Shown here one piece after another: positions 29,498-38,344 of a DNA stretch of 64,000 nucleotides; position 1 is the stretch's first letter; every line of letters starts with the position of its first letter. The stretch is taken from contig JBBIMI010000001.1 in the NCBI GenBank assembly GCA_037444485.1, positions 50,110-114,109 of the forward strand, in the 5' to 3' direction. A model generated the notes under the pieces. That model had not been told where the DNA came from, did no database searches, and saw only the letters and a program-made list of their open reading frames with translations. Both the position numbers and the translations under genes were made by a program. Source of the DNA: Candidatus Micrarchaeota archaeon. GTDB lineage: Archaea; Micrarchaeota; Micrarchaeia; Norongarragalinales; Norongarragalinaceae.

Positions 29498-29860
29498 TCA
29501 AGCGCGCTTGTACTTGTAAGAGTAAGGCAGTGGTTTTGCTGGCGCCGCTGGCTCCATTTCCTCTTCAAATGATTCTTGAATTGGGCTTGAAGACGTGAGG
29601 ATGATGCGGTCGACCGCCTTAATGCTTTTATACATTATTGTTTTCTCGTGAAAAACGCGTTTGGCTTCCTCTTTACTAGTTGCTTTTATTGGTTCGAGGG
29701 TAAGGCGTGCAACTTCACCTTTTTGTAAGTCGATTATTATATCGTACACTTTACCAAGATAACGCGCGTTATCCGAGTACACATCCATGCCTATTAACTG
29801 CGATATTTTTATAGTCACTAAATCACCTCGATTAATTGTTTTTCTTGAATTATTCTCCAA
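29498..29860 (-). CDS. PRC-barrel protein
   Basis: ISQLIGMDVYSDNARYLGKVYDIIID. Confidence 0.85.
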   Translation of the reverse strand: MENNSRKTINRGDLVTIKISQLIGMDVYSDNARYLGKVYDIIIDLQKGEVARLTLEPIKATSKEEAKRVFHEKTIMYKSIKAVDRIILTSSSPIQESFEEEMEPAAPAKPLPYSYKYKRA

Positions 29861-30014
29861 TTTTAGTTAAACTCTAATTAAACGCTTTGAGTCAAGTGAA
29901 ACTATTTCGCTTCATGTGAATTTAAATGCTTTGGTGAGTTCCCTTAATGCTTTAAAGGCACGGCTTTCTATTCCAACAACCCACTTAAAGCAGGTTCATC
30001 AACATCTAACTGAA

Positions 30015-30416
30015 TTAAACTACTCTTAAATCTATGGTTTTGCGGACCTCATTTAAAATGTGGCCGTAATCGCGGTAGTGTGATACTGCAAACACCTTGA
30101 TTTTGTAAGTGCCTGGTTCGGTGCGTTGCGTGGACCAAACAGGTATTGAAAGTGTTTTTGTTTCGTTTGGTTGTAAGAGGCCAACGCGCACTTCCCGTTG
30201 TTGAGTCAAACCAGTTTGGTCTGTAGCTAATGGTTTTTGAACCTCTACGACAACTGAAGTCAAGAGTTCTTTGTCGAGGTTGTTAGTCAAGTGAATGATT
30301 AAGTCGGCGCCGTCGTTCTTGTGCGCATTCAAACGAAATGGGTGTATTTCAGTCCGTAAGGAGTAAATAGTGTTTGTAATTATTGGTTTTTTTCCGAACA
30401 ACTCAAACAAACCCAT
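30015..30416 (-). CDS. Hypothetical Ig-like beta protein
   Basis: Beta-rich; LQPNETKTL and EPGTYKIKV. Confidence 0.6.
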   Translation of the reverse strand: MGLFELFGKKPIITNTIYSLRTEIHPFRLNAHKNDGADLIIHLTNNLDKELLTSVVVEVQKPLATDQTGLTQQREVRVGLLQPNETKTLSIPVWSTQRTEPGTYKIKVFAVSHYRDYGHILNEVRKTIDLRVV

Positions 30417-30637
30417 TTCAAATCAACCTTGTTACGCGGCTTTTAAAAACACTTAACGCCGCAAAAAACTGTTAAAACATTGAAACATTGTTGAATAAAA
30501 ATTTTGAATAAAAATTCAGTTATTATTTAATCATGATTTAAATTAAAAAACATTGTTTTTGATGGTTTTAAGTAATTTGTTGTTTTATGGTTTTGTTTGG
30601 GGTTGTATGGTTTAGTGTTTGGTCAGCGTTAAACACG

Positions 30638-31051
30638 TCAAACATTAGTTTCAACCCACGCGCGCCACCACTCCGCATTTTTTTCAAGGATTTGAGAAAA
30701 ACTAGTAGACAAGTAGATTAATTGGTTTCGCTTTCCTCGCGCGAAAACAATGAGCCCGGATTTGTTTAATGCGAATAAGAGTAAGTACAACGTGCTTTTC
30801 TTCAATTTCAAGTTAGTTTGGAGTTCGGTGAACGTTTGAGGTTTTTTCTTCAATTGTTCGAGCACGTTGATTGCGAGTTCTTTTCGCGTACTTGAAAAGA
30901 AAAAAGCGTTATTTATGAAGTCGTATAAAGTGTATTGTCTTGAAAGTATTTTTTGAACGTCTGTTGAATTTACTCTAAAATAAGTGGTGGTTTGTTGTTT
31001 TTGTTTTTGGTAATTAGATTTTGGTTTCAAGTTTTGTAGCTCGTTCAACAC
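30638..31051 (-). CDS. Winged-HTH protein
   Basis: PQTFTELQTNLKLKKSTLYLLLFALNKSGLI; GGAGGGTG SD. Confidence 0.7.
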   Translation of the reverse strand: MLNELQNLKPKSNYQKQKQQTTTYFRVNSTDVQKILSRQYTLYDFINNAFFFSSTRKELAINVLEQLKKKPQTFTELQTNLKLKKSTLYLLLFALNKSGLIVFARGKRNQLIYLSTSFSQILEKNAEWWRAWVETNV

Positions 31052-31260
31052 ACACCCTCCAATTCCACTATTTTCGGTTTTTTAATATATTGTGTTTCGA
31101 TAATATATTATTAGATAATAATAATGATAATAAAATAATAAATAATGCATTATTGTTTTGGTAATAATGTTGTGTTTCGGTAACACACTACACCTTAATA
31201 CTAACGAAAACTAATTAAAAACTAATCAAATAATATTTGATTAGTTGGTTGTTGGTTTAA

Positions 31261-31782
31261 ATGATTTTATCTAAGAAAGAGATTTTGAAGGCGATTAAAG
31301 CAGGCATAATAAAAATAACACCTTTTGATGAAAGTAGCGTCGGTGCGTGTTCTGTTGATTTGAAGCTTGGTTACGAATTCAAGAAATTTGTTGGTAAAAA
31401 ACAAAATATTGTAATTGATTCATCTTTTGTTCGATTAAGTGAAGATTATTGGAAGAGCTTGCGTTTACAAAAAAATAAACCAATAACAATAAACCCTAAA
31501 GAGTTAGTTTTGGGAACTACTTTAGAAAGAATTAAGTTAAGTAATTCTATTTGCGCTTTTATTGACGGTCGAAGTCGTTTTGCTAGAGCTGGCTTACTTG
31601 TTCACGTCAGCTCTAGTTTGATTCAACCAAGTGTTGATAACGTTCAAGTGCTTGAAATCATTAACATGTCTTCAACCCCAATGAAGTTATTTCCAGAAAC
31701 TAAGATTTGTCAAATTATTTTTCACGAGCTTAAGGGTACTGCTGAGTATTCAGGCATTTTCAAAAACCAAACAAAACCATAA
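31261..31782 (+). CDS. dcd: dCTP deaminase
   Basis: MILSKKEI, SVDLKLG, GRSRFARAGL, LEIIN, ICQIIF. Confidence 0.9.
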   Translation: MILSKKEILKAIKAGIIKITPFDESSVGACSVDLKLGYEFKKFVGKKQNIVIDSSFVRLSEDYWKSLRLQKNKPITINPKELVLGTTLERIKLSNSICAFIDGRSRFARAGLLVHVSSSLIQPSVDNVQVLEIINMSSTPMKLFPETKICQIIFHELKGTAEYSGIFKNQTKP

Positions 31783-31942
31783 AACAACAAATTACTTAAA
31801 ACATTTCATACAAATTACTTTTAAAATAGTTTTAATTGGAAGTTTATTTGGTGGAAAGTAGAAAGCCTTAATATTATTTTTAAAATTATTTTGTTTGGTT
31901 CATAAGTTTTAGTGAAAGTCCTAATAAAATTATAATTGATGT

Positions 31943-32010
31943 GGGTTGTGAGAATTATGAGTAGTGTGGGATTATAGGGTTGTGAGAATTATGAGTAGTA
32001 TAAGATTATA
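31943..32010. repeat. 34-nt direct repeat x2
   Basis: GGGTTGTGAGAATTATGAGTAGT...ATTATA starting at 31943 and 31977. Confidence 0.8.
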
Positions 32011-32022
32011 AATAGTGGAAGT

Positions 32023-33324
32023 GTGGGGGGTGTGTGGTTGAAAATAAAATCATTTACAGCACGTCAAATACTAGACTCGCGTGGGAAACCAACAGTAGAG
32101 GTTGAGTTGAATGGATTTAAGGCAAGCGTTGCTTCAGGTGCTTCAACAGGCTCTTTTGAAGCGTTTGAGTTGCGGGATGGCGCAAAAGCTTTTTTAGGTG
32201 ATGGGGTTCTGAAAGCAGTCGCAAATACGCTTTTTATTTCACGAAAACTCACCAACAAAAACTTTTCTTCGCAACAAGAGTTCGACGAGGCGTTGCTTTC
32301 CCTCGACGGCACGCCAAACAAAAACAAACTCGGCGCTAACGCCATCCTCCCAATTTCAATCGCTTTTTCTCGCGCTTTATCAGCCGCAGAAAAAAAACCA
32401 TTACGAGTTTTCCTACAAAAAGAACTTTCATGGAAAATGAAAAAAAGAGTGAAAAATACAGGGAGGGAAGCGCTTCCAATCCCTCAATTTAATCTTATCA
32501 ACGGCGGGCGGCATGCTGGAATCAAGAATGATGTTCAAGAACATTTATTGATTCCAGCCCGTGCAAAGACTTTTTCTCAAGCGCTTCAAGTAGGTGCTGA
32601 AGTTTACGGGGTTTTGAAAAAAATCTTGGTGAAAAAGTTTGGCGTTCGCGCGGCGCTTGTCGCCGACGAGGGTGGTTTCGCGCCTCCTGTTTCCAGCGTA
32701 AGTGAAAGGTTGGAATTGATTGACGCTGCAATTGAGGAAGCTGGTTGGGGTGGGGTGGCGTTTCTTGGATTGGATTGCGCCGCTTCAGAGTTTTACGAAC
32801 CTCGAACAAAGGTTTATTGTGTTGGTGGAAAAAAATTTTCAGTTGGAGAATTAATTGATTTTTACGAGTCTTTATTGAAGTCATTCAAGATAATCTCATT
32901 AGAAGATGGTTTAGCTGAAGATGATTGGAGTAGTTGGCGTGAATTGATGGCGCGTTTTGGTGGGCGGATTCAAATCGTTGGCGACGATTTGCTTGTGACG
33001 AACGTTTCAAGAATCAAGAAAGCAGTTGAATTACGCGCTGCTAATGCATTATTGTTGAAGCCTAATCAAATCGGAACTGTTTCTGAAACCCTCGCCGCTG
33101 CAGCGTTAGCTAAAGATAGTGGTTGGCAAGTGATTGTTTCGCATAGGTCTGGCGAGGTTGAAGATTGTTTTATAGCTGATCTCGCAGTAGGAATCGGCGC
33201 AAGTCAATGCAAGTTCGGCGCGCCGGCGCGAGGTGAGCGGGTGGCGAAGTACAATCAATTACTTAGGCTCGAAGAAGAAATAGGTTCGAAGAACTTCGCT
33301 CGTTTTCCCTTCAAGACACATTAA
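32023..33324 (+). CDS. eno: Enolase
   Basis: ILDSRGKPTVEV, SGASTG, DEGGFAP, VSHRSGE, RVAKYNQL. Confidence 0.96.
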   Translation: MGGVWLKIKSFTARQILDSRGKPTVEVELNGFKASVASGASTGSFEAFELRDGAKAFLGDGVLKAVANTLFISRKLTNKNFSSQQEFDEALLSLDGTPNKNKLGANAILPISIAFSRALSAAEKKPLRVFLQKELSWKMKKRVKNTGREALPIPQFNLINGGRHAGIKNDVQEHLLIPARAKTFSQALQVGAEVYGVLKKILVKKFGVRAALVADEGGFAPPVSSVSERLELIDAAIEEAGWGGVAFLGLDCAASEFYEPRTKVYCVGGKKFSVGELIDFYESLLKSFKIISLEDGLAEDDWSSWRELMARFGGRIQIVGDDLLVTNVSRIKKAVELRAANALLLKPNQIGTVSETLAAAALAKDSGWQVIVSHRSGEVEDCFIADLAVGIGASQCKFGAPARGERVAKYNQLLRLEEEIGSKNFARFPFKTH

Positions 33325-33375
33325 TATATTGCTCGCAACGATACATTACTTGCAATAATAATAGTTTAGTTATTG

Positions 33376-34665
33376 TTAAGTCCGCCGCACTTGAATCGAA
33401 TTCGCGTTTAAAAGCGTTATTAATTTAAAGCCAGGCATCTTCAAACCACTTTCAGCGCACGCCTTCTCGTTGAATTCGGAGCCGTTACCCGAAACGCCAA
33501 CCCCGGCTACTAGAAAAGGAACCGCATCGCCTGAATGCGCTTTCAACTCACAGGGAGTCGCATGGTCTGCGGTGACGGCAACGCGCACGGTGCGCAAATC
33601 AATTTTTTTTATGAGTGGTTCAAAAAACCGAGCGCCTAATTCTTTAATGTTGTTAGTTTTTCCAACAACATCTCCGTCATGCGCAAACAAATCTGGTCCT
33701 TTCAAGTGAACGTAAACACCTGCGTGATGCTTTAAAAGCTTCAACGTTTCTCTCACCCTACTTGCACTCGTTGCTTCCAATGCGATTTTCTTCACACGCA
33801 TTCCCAACAACCAACCTATCCCTGCCTCTACCGGCATGTCTGCAAGCAAGGCCCAACCGCGCAAGCGTGCAAGCGCTTCACGCGAGATTTTAGGCGCTCG
33901 CGTTTCAGCATCCCTCAAAAGAAGACAATTCGCTTGCAGCAATCCGCGCGCAACGCGTTTTTTATTCACGTGGCTTTCTTCAAGCACTCTTTTCGCTGCA
34001 GTGCTGAATTCGTTGACTAACTGCGCGGTTTTCGCAGCAGCAGCGCTCGAATCCAGTGGCTTGCAGGCGACGATTTTAGGCGAAAATTTTTTTAATGCAA
34101 CCGCTATCTTTCCACCAGCAGTACCAGCAGCGTAAGCCGGGTCGGTGTTGCTCACGTTTTTAGATAGGCCGCGCGCTTTGATTATCAACAGGCCGCGGTG
34201 TCCTACGGTCGCCTTAAATTCGAATTTCGCGTTTTTCAAACGTATTTTTCTATTTAACTCTTTTTCAAGCGCCCGTGATTCTTTTAGTGAAAGGCTTCGG
34301 CCAACGCGTCGGTCAATTATTTTATTTCCGCGGCACGTGGCAAAGTTCGCGCGTAAAGCAAGCCAGCCGTTCTTGAATTTTACGCCTGCGCCGAGCGCTT
34401 CTATAAGACCTCGTCCGACGTGAAACTTTTTCGGGTCGAATCCTAGGATAGAGAAAACGCCAGCGTCAGATTCGGGCGCGATTCCGCCGGCGATGTCAAG
34501 CAAACCAGTCACGCCGCCTCGCGCTAAAGTGTTTAAAGATGCTGGTGCAGCAGCTTCCAAAGGTGTTTTGCCGCCAAGGGCTTTGTTTGGCCGGTCTCCA
34601 AGGCCGTCCAACACTATTAACAAAATTTTTGGGTTCTTTAACTTTTTGTTTTTTAAATTTTTCAA
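33376..34665 (-). CDS. apgM: 2,3-BPG-independent phosphoglycerate mutase, archaeal type
   Basis: LDGLGD, TPLEAA, HLKGPDLFAHDG, TADHATP, HSGDAVP. Confidence 0.9.
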   Translation of the reverse strand: MKNLKNKKLKNPKILLIVLDGLGDRPNKALGGKTPLEAAAPASLNTLARGGVTGLLDIAGGIAPESDAGVFSILGFDPKKFHVGRGLIEALGAGVKFKNGWLALRANFATCRGNKIIDRRVGRSLSLKESRALEKELNRKIRLKNAKFEFKATVGHRGLLIIKARGLSKNVSNTDPAYAAGTAGGKIAVALKKFSPKIVACKPLDSSAAAAKTAQLVNEFSTAAKRVLEESHVNKKRVARGLLQANCLLLRDAETRAPKISREALARLRGWALLADMPVEAGIGWLLGMRVKKIALEATSASRVRETLKLLKHHAGVYVHLKGPDLFAHDGDVVGKTNNIKELGARFFEPLIKKIDLRTVRVAVTADHATPCELKAHSGDAVPFLVAGVGVSGNGSEFNEKACAESGLKMPGFKLITLLNANSIQVRRT

Positions 34666-34803
34666 TCAAATCAACCTTTCGCTTCGTTTGTTTCAATGCA
34701 TTGTTTTAAAACGAGATTATTTATATTTCGCTGTTGATAATGTTGATAAATAATTTCGTGTAATAATTCAGTGTTGTTCGTGCAACAATTGCAATAATTT
34801 GGT

Positions 34804-35214
34804 GTGGTTGCAAGTTTGAAAGAAGCAATATTGAAAGAAACAACGCAGGCTTTCTTATGCCAAAATTGTAGGTTTATTTTTTCTGAAACGGGCACCGCTG
34901 ACGCGTCGGTGCGCGTTTGCCCGCGGTGCAACAGCAAGAACACAGTAAAGCAAGCTAGGCAAGCGCCGGCAGCCGACACGCAAAGCGAAAGCGCTGATAA
35001 AAAAACAGTGAGGTTAGCAACGCAACACTATAAGATTGGTTCTACGCAGCGCGTATTCGGCGAAACCAAGGAAGCTTGGAAGAGTTTCCATTCGTCGGAA
35101 ATCGCGTCTTGCCCGCATTGTGGGGGAACGCGTTTTTCGCTTGACTTTAAACACAAGGAAAAAGTTTGTTTGAATTGCGGCACTGTTCTCTCGCTCCGCA
35201 GAAAACAAGTTTAA
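34804..35214 (+). CDS. Double Zn-ribbon protein
   Basis: CQNC, CPRC, CPHC, CLNC. Confidence 0.7.
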   Translation: MVASLKEAILKETTQAFLCQNCRFIFSETGTADASVRVCPRCNSKNTVKQARQAPAADTQSESADKKTVRLATQHYKIGSTQRVFGETKEAWKSFHSSEIASCPHCGGTRFSLDFKHKEKVCLNCGTVLSLRRKQV

Positions 35215-35278
35215 GGCCATCCAAAATTGTCATCTCAAAAAATTTTTGAATTTTTTTTAATTCTTTCTGGTGGCGCGC

Positions 35279-35443
35279 ATGAATTTGGCTGAAGAATTGA
35301 ATGCTTTTATGGCATTCGTACAAAACGCGGTGCTTTTAATCAGCGGCTTTCTTTTCGACTTGGTTTTTTCACCGCTTTCGTTAACAGTCCTTTTAGTTTG
35401 GCTCTTGCTGTTTTTCCTTTTTTCTCAAAGTTCTTTATTGTGA
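35279..35443 (+). CDS. Small hydrophobic protein (54 aa)
   Basis: GGTGG before ATG 35279; hydrophobic ORF; could be spurious in T-rich DNA. Confidence 0.35.
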   Translation: MNLAEELNAFMAFVQNAVLLISGFLFDLVFSPLSLTVLLVWLLLFFLFSQSSLL

Positions 35444-35509
35444 TTGTTCTCGATTGTTGTGATTGTCTTTTTCGGCTGCGCAACAACATGAAATTGTTTT
35501 AGTGGTTAT

Positions 35510-36070
35510 TTGAAAAAAATCCCTGCAGTTTACGCAACGGTTGCTTTTGCATTCTTTTTAGGCGTAGCCGCATTTGCAGCACTTTCTTTTTTTCAAGATT
35601 TTTTTCAGGAATCCAAGTGTTTTGCAGCAGAGAGCGTCGCGCCTGTTTTTTCTCCTGGTTCTGCCGCCGCGCTTATCGCGTTGATTGACAACAGCAAGAA
35701 CACGATAGACGTAATGGTTTACCAGTTTTCTTACGCGAAACTGCGCGACGCGTTAGTCAATGCGGCTGCGCGGGGCGTACGCGTGCGATTGATTCTCGAA
35801 CCGAAAGTCGATTCTAATCTTGACGCTGGTGCTTTTCTCGCGGCGCGCGGAGTGGTCGTGCGGTGGGCTTCGCAAAAGTATTACAATACGCACGCTAAAT
35901 TTGCGGTTTTCGATAACGAGTGTGTTTTCGTTGGGAGCACTAACTGGTCTCGCGCCGCGTTCGAGTCGAATCGCGAGGCCGCCGTGAATGTTTGCGGCGT
36001 GCGGATAGCGTCAGAGTTCGAAAAGGTTTTTGAGAGTGACTGGGCCGAAGCGGTTAGCATTACTCAATAA
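35510..36070 (+). CDS. Membrane-anchored phospholipase D/Nuc-like protein (single HKD)
   Basis: HAKFAVFD...GSTNWS...NRE; N-terminal TM. Confidence 0.85.
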   Translation: MKKIPAVYATVAFAFFLGVAAFAALSFFQDFFQESKCFAAESVAPVFSPGSAAALIALIDNSKNTIDVMVYQFSYAKLRDALVNAAARGVRVRLILEPKVDSNLDAGAFLAARGVVVRWASQKYYNTHAKFAVFDNECVFVGSTNWSRAAFESNREAAVNVCGVRIASEFEKVFESDWAEAVSITQ

Positions 36071-36419
36071 CTAGTATTAATAACTAGTTGCTGGCTTTTA
36101 GCCCGCTAAACTCAGGAATTCAAGAAAAGAAACTTCAAGAAAAGAAAAACAAAATAAAAAACAATGTAAAAAACAACAAAACCAAACTACAAAAACTAAA
36201 CAACAAAAACAAAAGGGGAGCGTAACAAGAGTGTTTTAGAAATTTTTTCTAAAACTTTTTTTGTTTGCCTCTCTTTTGCTTCTTTCTTTTTCCTTTTCTT
36301 TTTTTCTCTTTTTTTCATCGCGTTCGTTGCGCCGCGTCGTCTCACCCGCAGAATCAAGTGACGTGTTTTTACTTTTTTTCTTTTTAGAATAGCGGGGGGA
36401 GGATTTGAACCTCCGACCT

Positions 36420-36465
36420 TTACCCGGAAAAAAGTTTTTTTGACTTTTTTGAAAACTTTTTCCCT
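36420..36465 (-). other. tRNA-iMet intron at 43/44 (46 nt)
   Basis: Central helix ACCC/GGGT, bulges GG|A and AA|A, inner helix GGGAAAAAG/CTTTTTTCC. Confidence 0.87.
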
Positions 36466-36501
36466 CCGGGTTATGAGCCCAGCGGGCACTCCTGGCTACC
36501 C

Positions 36502-36534
36502 TTAGAGCACCACCAACCACAAAATCGATGTTGT
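36502..36534 (-). other. tRNA-iMet intron at 9/10 (33 nt)
   Basis: Central helix GGGG/CTCT, bulges TA|A and AA|G, inner imperfect hairpin. Confidence 0.8.
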
Positions 36535-36614
36535 TACCCCGCTGTAGTTTCGGAGTGCGTTTAAAGAATAAGTTGTGCGTGGTTATAATACTTTCTGGAA
36601 ATACGTTTAGACGT

Positions 36615-37193
36615 TTAATCAAACGGTCGAATTTTTGGTTGAACTTTCGAGAACGAATTTTGGGTGTTTTGCTGTGGGATTTTCTCCAAGATTTTTTTAA
36701 TAGTCTTAATGCGGGTTTCTATCTTTTTCAATTCTCGCTTGTTATCGTAAAAATTCATTTTCGACTCGCATTTCGGGCAACGGAATCGCTCTTCCATAGC
36801 GACATCGAACGGCAGCAGCGTGCAACCACGCCTGCACTTGTAAAACATCGTTTTCTCCGCTTCTAAAGTTTTTCGCGCGAGTTCCTCGTACTCCCTCTGC
36901 TTTACAGCAATAAAATTTTGAAACGCTCGTCCAGCATCGCAACGCCAAGTGTAAGTAAACCAGCCGCTGTTTAGGTTCTTTTCGCGGTGGTATTCGACAA
37001 GTCCGTATTTGTGCAACACGTTGAGAAGCGAGCGGATTTCAGCCATCTTGATTTTGGTTTCCCGCTCGATTTTCTCGTCGGTCGCGCCCTCCCCATTGTA
37101 AAGAGAGTTTATTATCTTCATGCCTTTGCGTCCGGAAATTTCTTGGACGTAATCGAAAAAGTGTTTCGTGAAGAAATCTAGTTTTTTCTTCAT
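36615..37193 (-). CDS. tfe: Transcription factor E alpha
   Basis: wHTH with TDEKI and SGWFTYTW; Zn ribbon CRRGC...FRCPKC. Confidence 0.92.
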   Translation of the reverse strand: MKKKLDFFTKHFFDYVQEISGRKGMKIINSLYNGEGATDEKIERETKIKMAEIRSLLNVLHKYGLVEYHREKNLNSGWFTYTWRCDAGRAFQNFIAVKQREYEELARKTLEAEKTMFYKCRRGCTLLPFDVAMEERFRCPKCESKMNFYDNKRELKKIETRIKTIKKILEKIPQQNTQNSFSKVQPKIRPFD

Positions 37194-37220
37194 GGAAATT
37201 CTTTTACAACCAACTTGTTT

Positions 37221-37778
37221 TTATATCTTGCCCTGTTTTCTCGCGCGCGGTGGTAGTTTAATAACTTTAATAACTTTTTCGCGCGGGGACGGAATTATTT
37301 TTATTCTAGCGCCGGAAAACTTTTTTCCCAATTCTCGGCCTTGAAAGAATTCGTGGAGAAAAACCGCGATTGCCGCAACTTCGGAGTGAGGTTGATTCGT
37401 GATCGAAACATTCCAATCCGCGAGCGAGTAAACTTCGCGGGGCACTTTCCCTGCACCAACAATCAACACGAGTTTTTTTTGTTTCCTTAATTCAGGCATT
37501 GCTTGGCGCAAGGGCAAGCCGTAGAACGTCAAATGCGCTTTCTTTCCGCCAACTTTCTTCAAAACGCGTTTCCAGTTTTTTTCGTAACGCGCCTTGAATC
37601 TGCCACCCCATTTCTTCACAATTTCGCGAACGGTTTCAAGTAATTTGTCGTCGCGTTCGCCAGAAAAAATTATTTCGTCGGCGCCGAATGCCCGTGCAGC
37701 TAGAGCGCAATGCGTCGTCACCCGCTTATCGCGGGACTTGCGGTGGCCTAGACGCAGCACCACGATTTTTGTAGTCAC
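37221..37778 (-). CDS. trm56: tRNA (cytidine56-2'-O)-methyltransferase
   Basis: LRLGHRKSRDKRVTTH, HLTFYG, NQPHSEVAA. Confidence 0.95.
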   Translation of the reverse strand: MTTKIVVLRLGHRKSRDKRVTTHCALAARAFGADEIIFSGERDDKLLETVREIVKKWGGRFKARYEKNWKRVLKKVGGKKAHLTFYGLPLRQAMPELRKQKKLVLIVGAGKVPREVYSLADWNVSITNQPHSEVAAIAVFLHEFFQGRELGKKFSGARIKIIPSPREKVIKVIKLPPRARKQGKI

Positions 37779-37951
37779 GGCGCTTACCTTTCACTCTTCT
37801 TTTTTTTCATTGGTTTCATTGTTTTGTTTCGGTTTAGTGAAACAGATTTATTTTTATTTGGCGGCATTCAAGTATTTTATTTCGTTGCATTGCATTGCCT
37901 TGCGTTGTTTTGCGCGTTGCTCGCGTTGTTTTGCGCCAGCCTTACTTTTGC

Positions 37952-38079
37952 GGGCTCGTAGCTCAGCTTGGCAGAGCGACCGGCTCTTAAGCGAAAAACT
38001 AAGCGAAAAACAGCAAGCGTTGTTTTTCTCGCGGTTTCGGGAAACCGGTAGGTCGAGGGTCCGAATCCCTCCGAGCCCG
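37952..38079 (+). tRNA. tRNA-Lys(CTT) with 54-nt anticodon-loop intron (about 37990-38043)
   Basis: GGGCTCG TA GCTC AGCTTGGCA GAGC G ACCGG CTCTTA[intron]A CCGGT AGGTC GAGGG TCCGAAT CCCTC CGAGCCC G. Confidence 0.9.
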
Positions 38080-38150
38080 CTCTTTAACGCCTTCCTTGAA
38101 CCCTTTAAAAAGAATGGTAAGGTTTTTATTTCACTTTAACGTAAGTTTCT

Positions 38151-38284
38151 CTTGCGGATTCTGTGAAGGTGGGTTGAACTGGTCGCCCTGCCGGCTTCAG
38201 GATGCCGCTTCAGGCAGACTGGGTTGGCCTAATTCTTTTTAAGGCGACCAATTCTCTTTTTCATCTTTGTTTTTTCACCGCAAG
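38151..38284 (+). ncRNA. Candidate structured ncRNA, unassigned
   Basis: Nested stems CTTGCG/CGCAAG, GTGAAG/TTTCAC, TGGTCGCC/GGCGACCA, CTGCC/GGCAG; TATA-like TTTTTATT about 25 nt upstream. Confidence 0.4.
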
Positions 38285-38344
38285 GTTTTATTTACTTCTC
38301 GCGTTTTCTTACTCAACGATTTCTTCCAGAAAGTGGTTTTTTAA

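Larger units (their letters stand above)
36390..36543 (-). tRNA. Initiator tRNA-Met(CAT) with two introns (9/10 and 43/44)
   Basis: Spliced: AGCGGGG TA GGGT AGCCAGGAGT GCCC G CTGGG CTCATAA CCCGG AGGTC GGAGG TTCAAAT CCTCC CCCCGCT A; has A1-U72 and GGG/CCC initiator features. Confidence 0.92.

Noticed and set aside
29400..32020. AT-rich stretch as an integrated element
   Set aside because: No integrase, transposase or att repeats; the genes are housekeeping-like (PRC barrel, dcd).
32415..32470. Possible intron in enolase (extra WKMKKRVKNTG, hairpin TTTCAT/ATGAAA)
   Set aside because: In frame, in a variable loop, and no central helix or bulge geometry.
38168..38250. tRNA-Sec, suggested by CCGG-CTTCAG...A-CTGG
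   Set aside because: No T-arm (TTCRA) or acceptor stem could be built; kept only as an unassigned ncRNA candidate.
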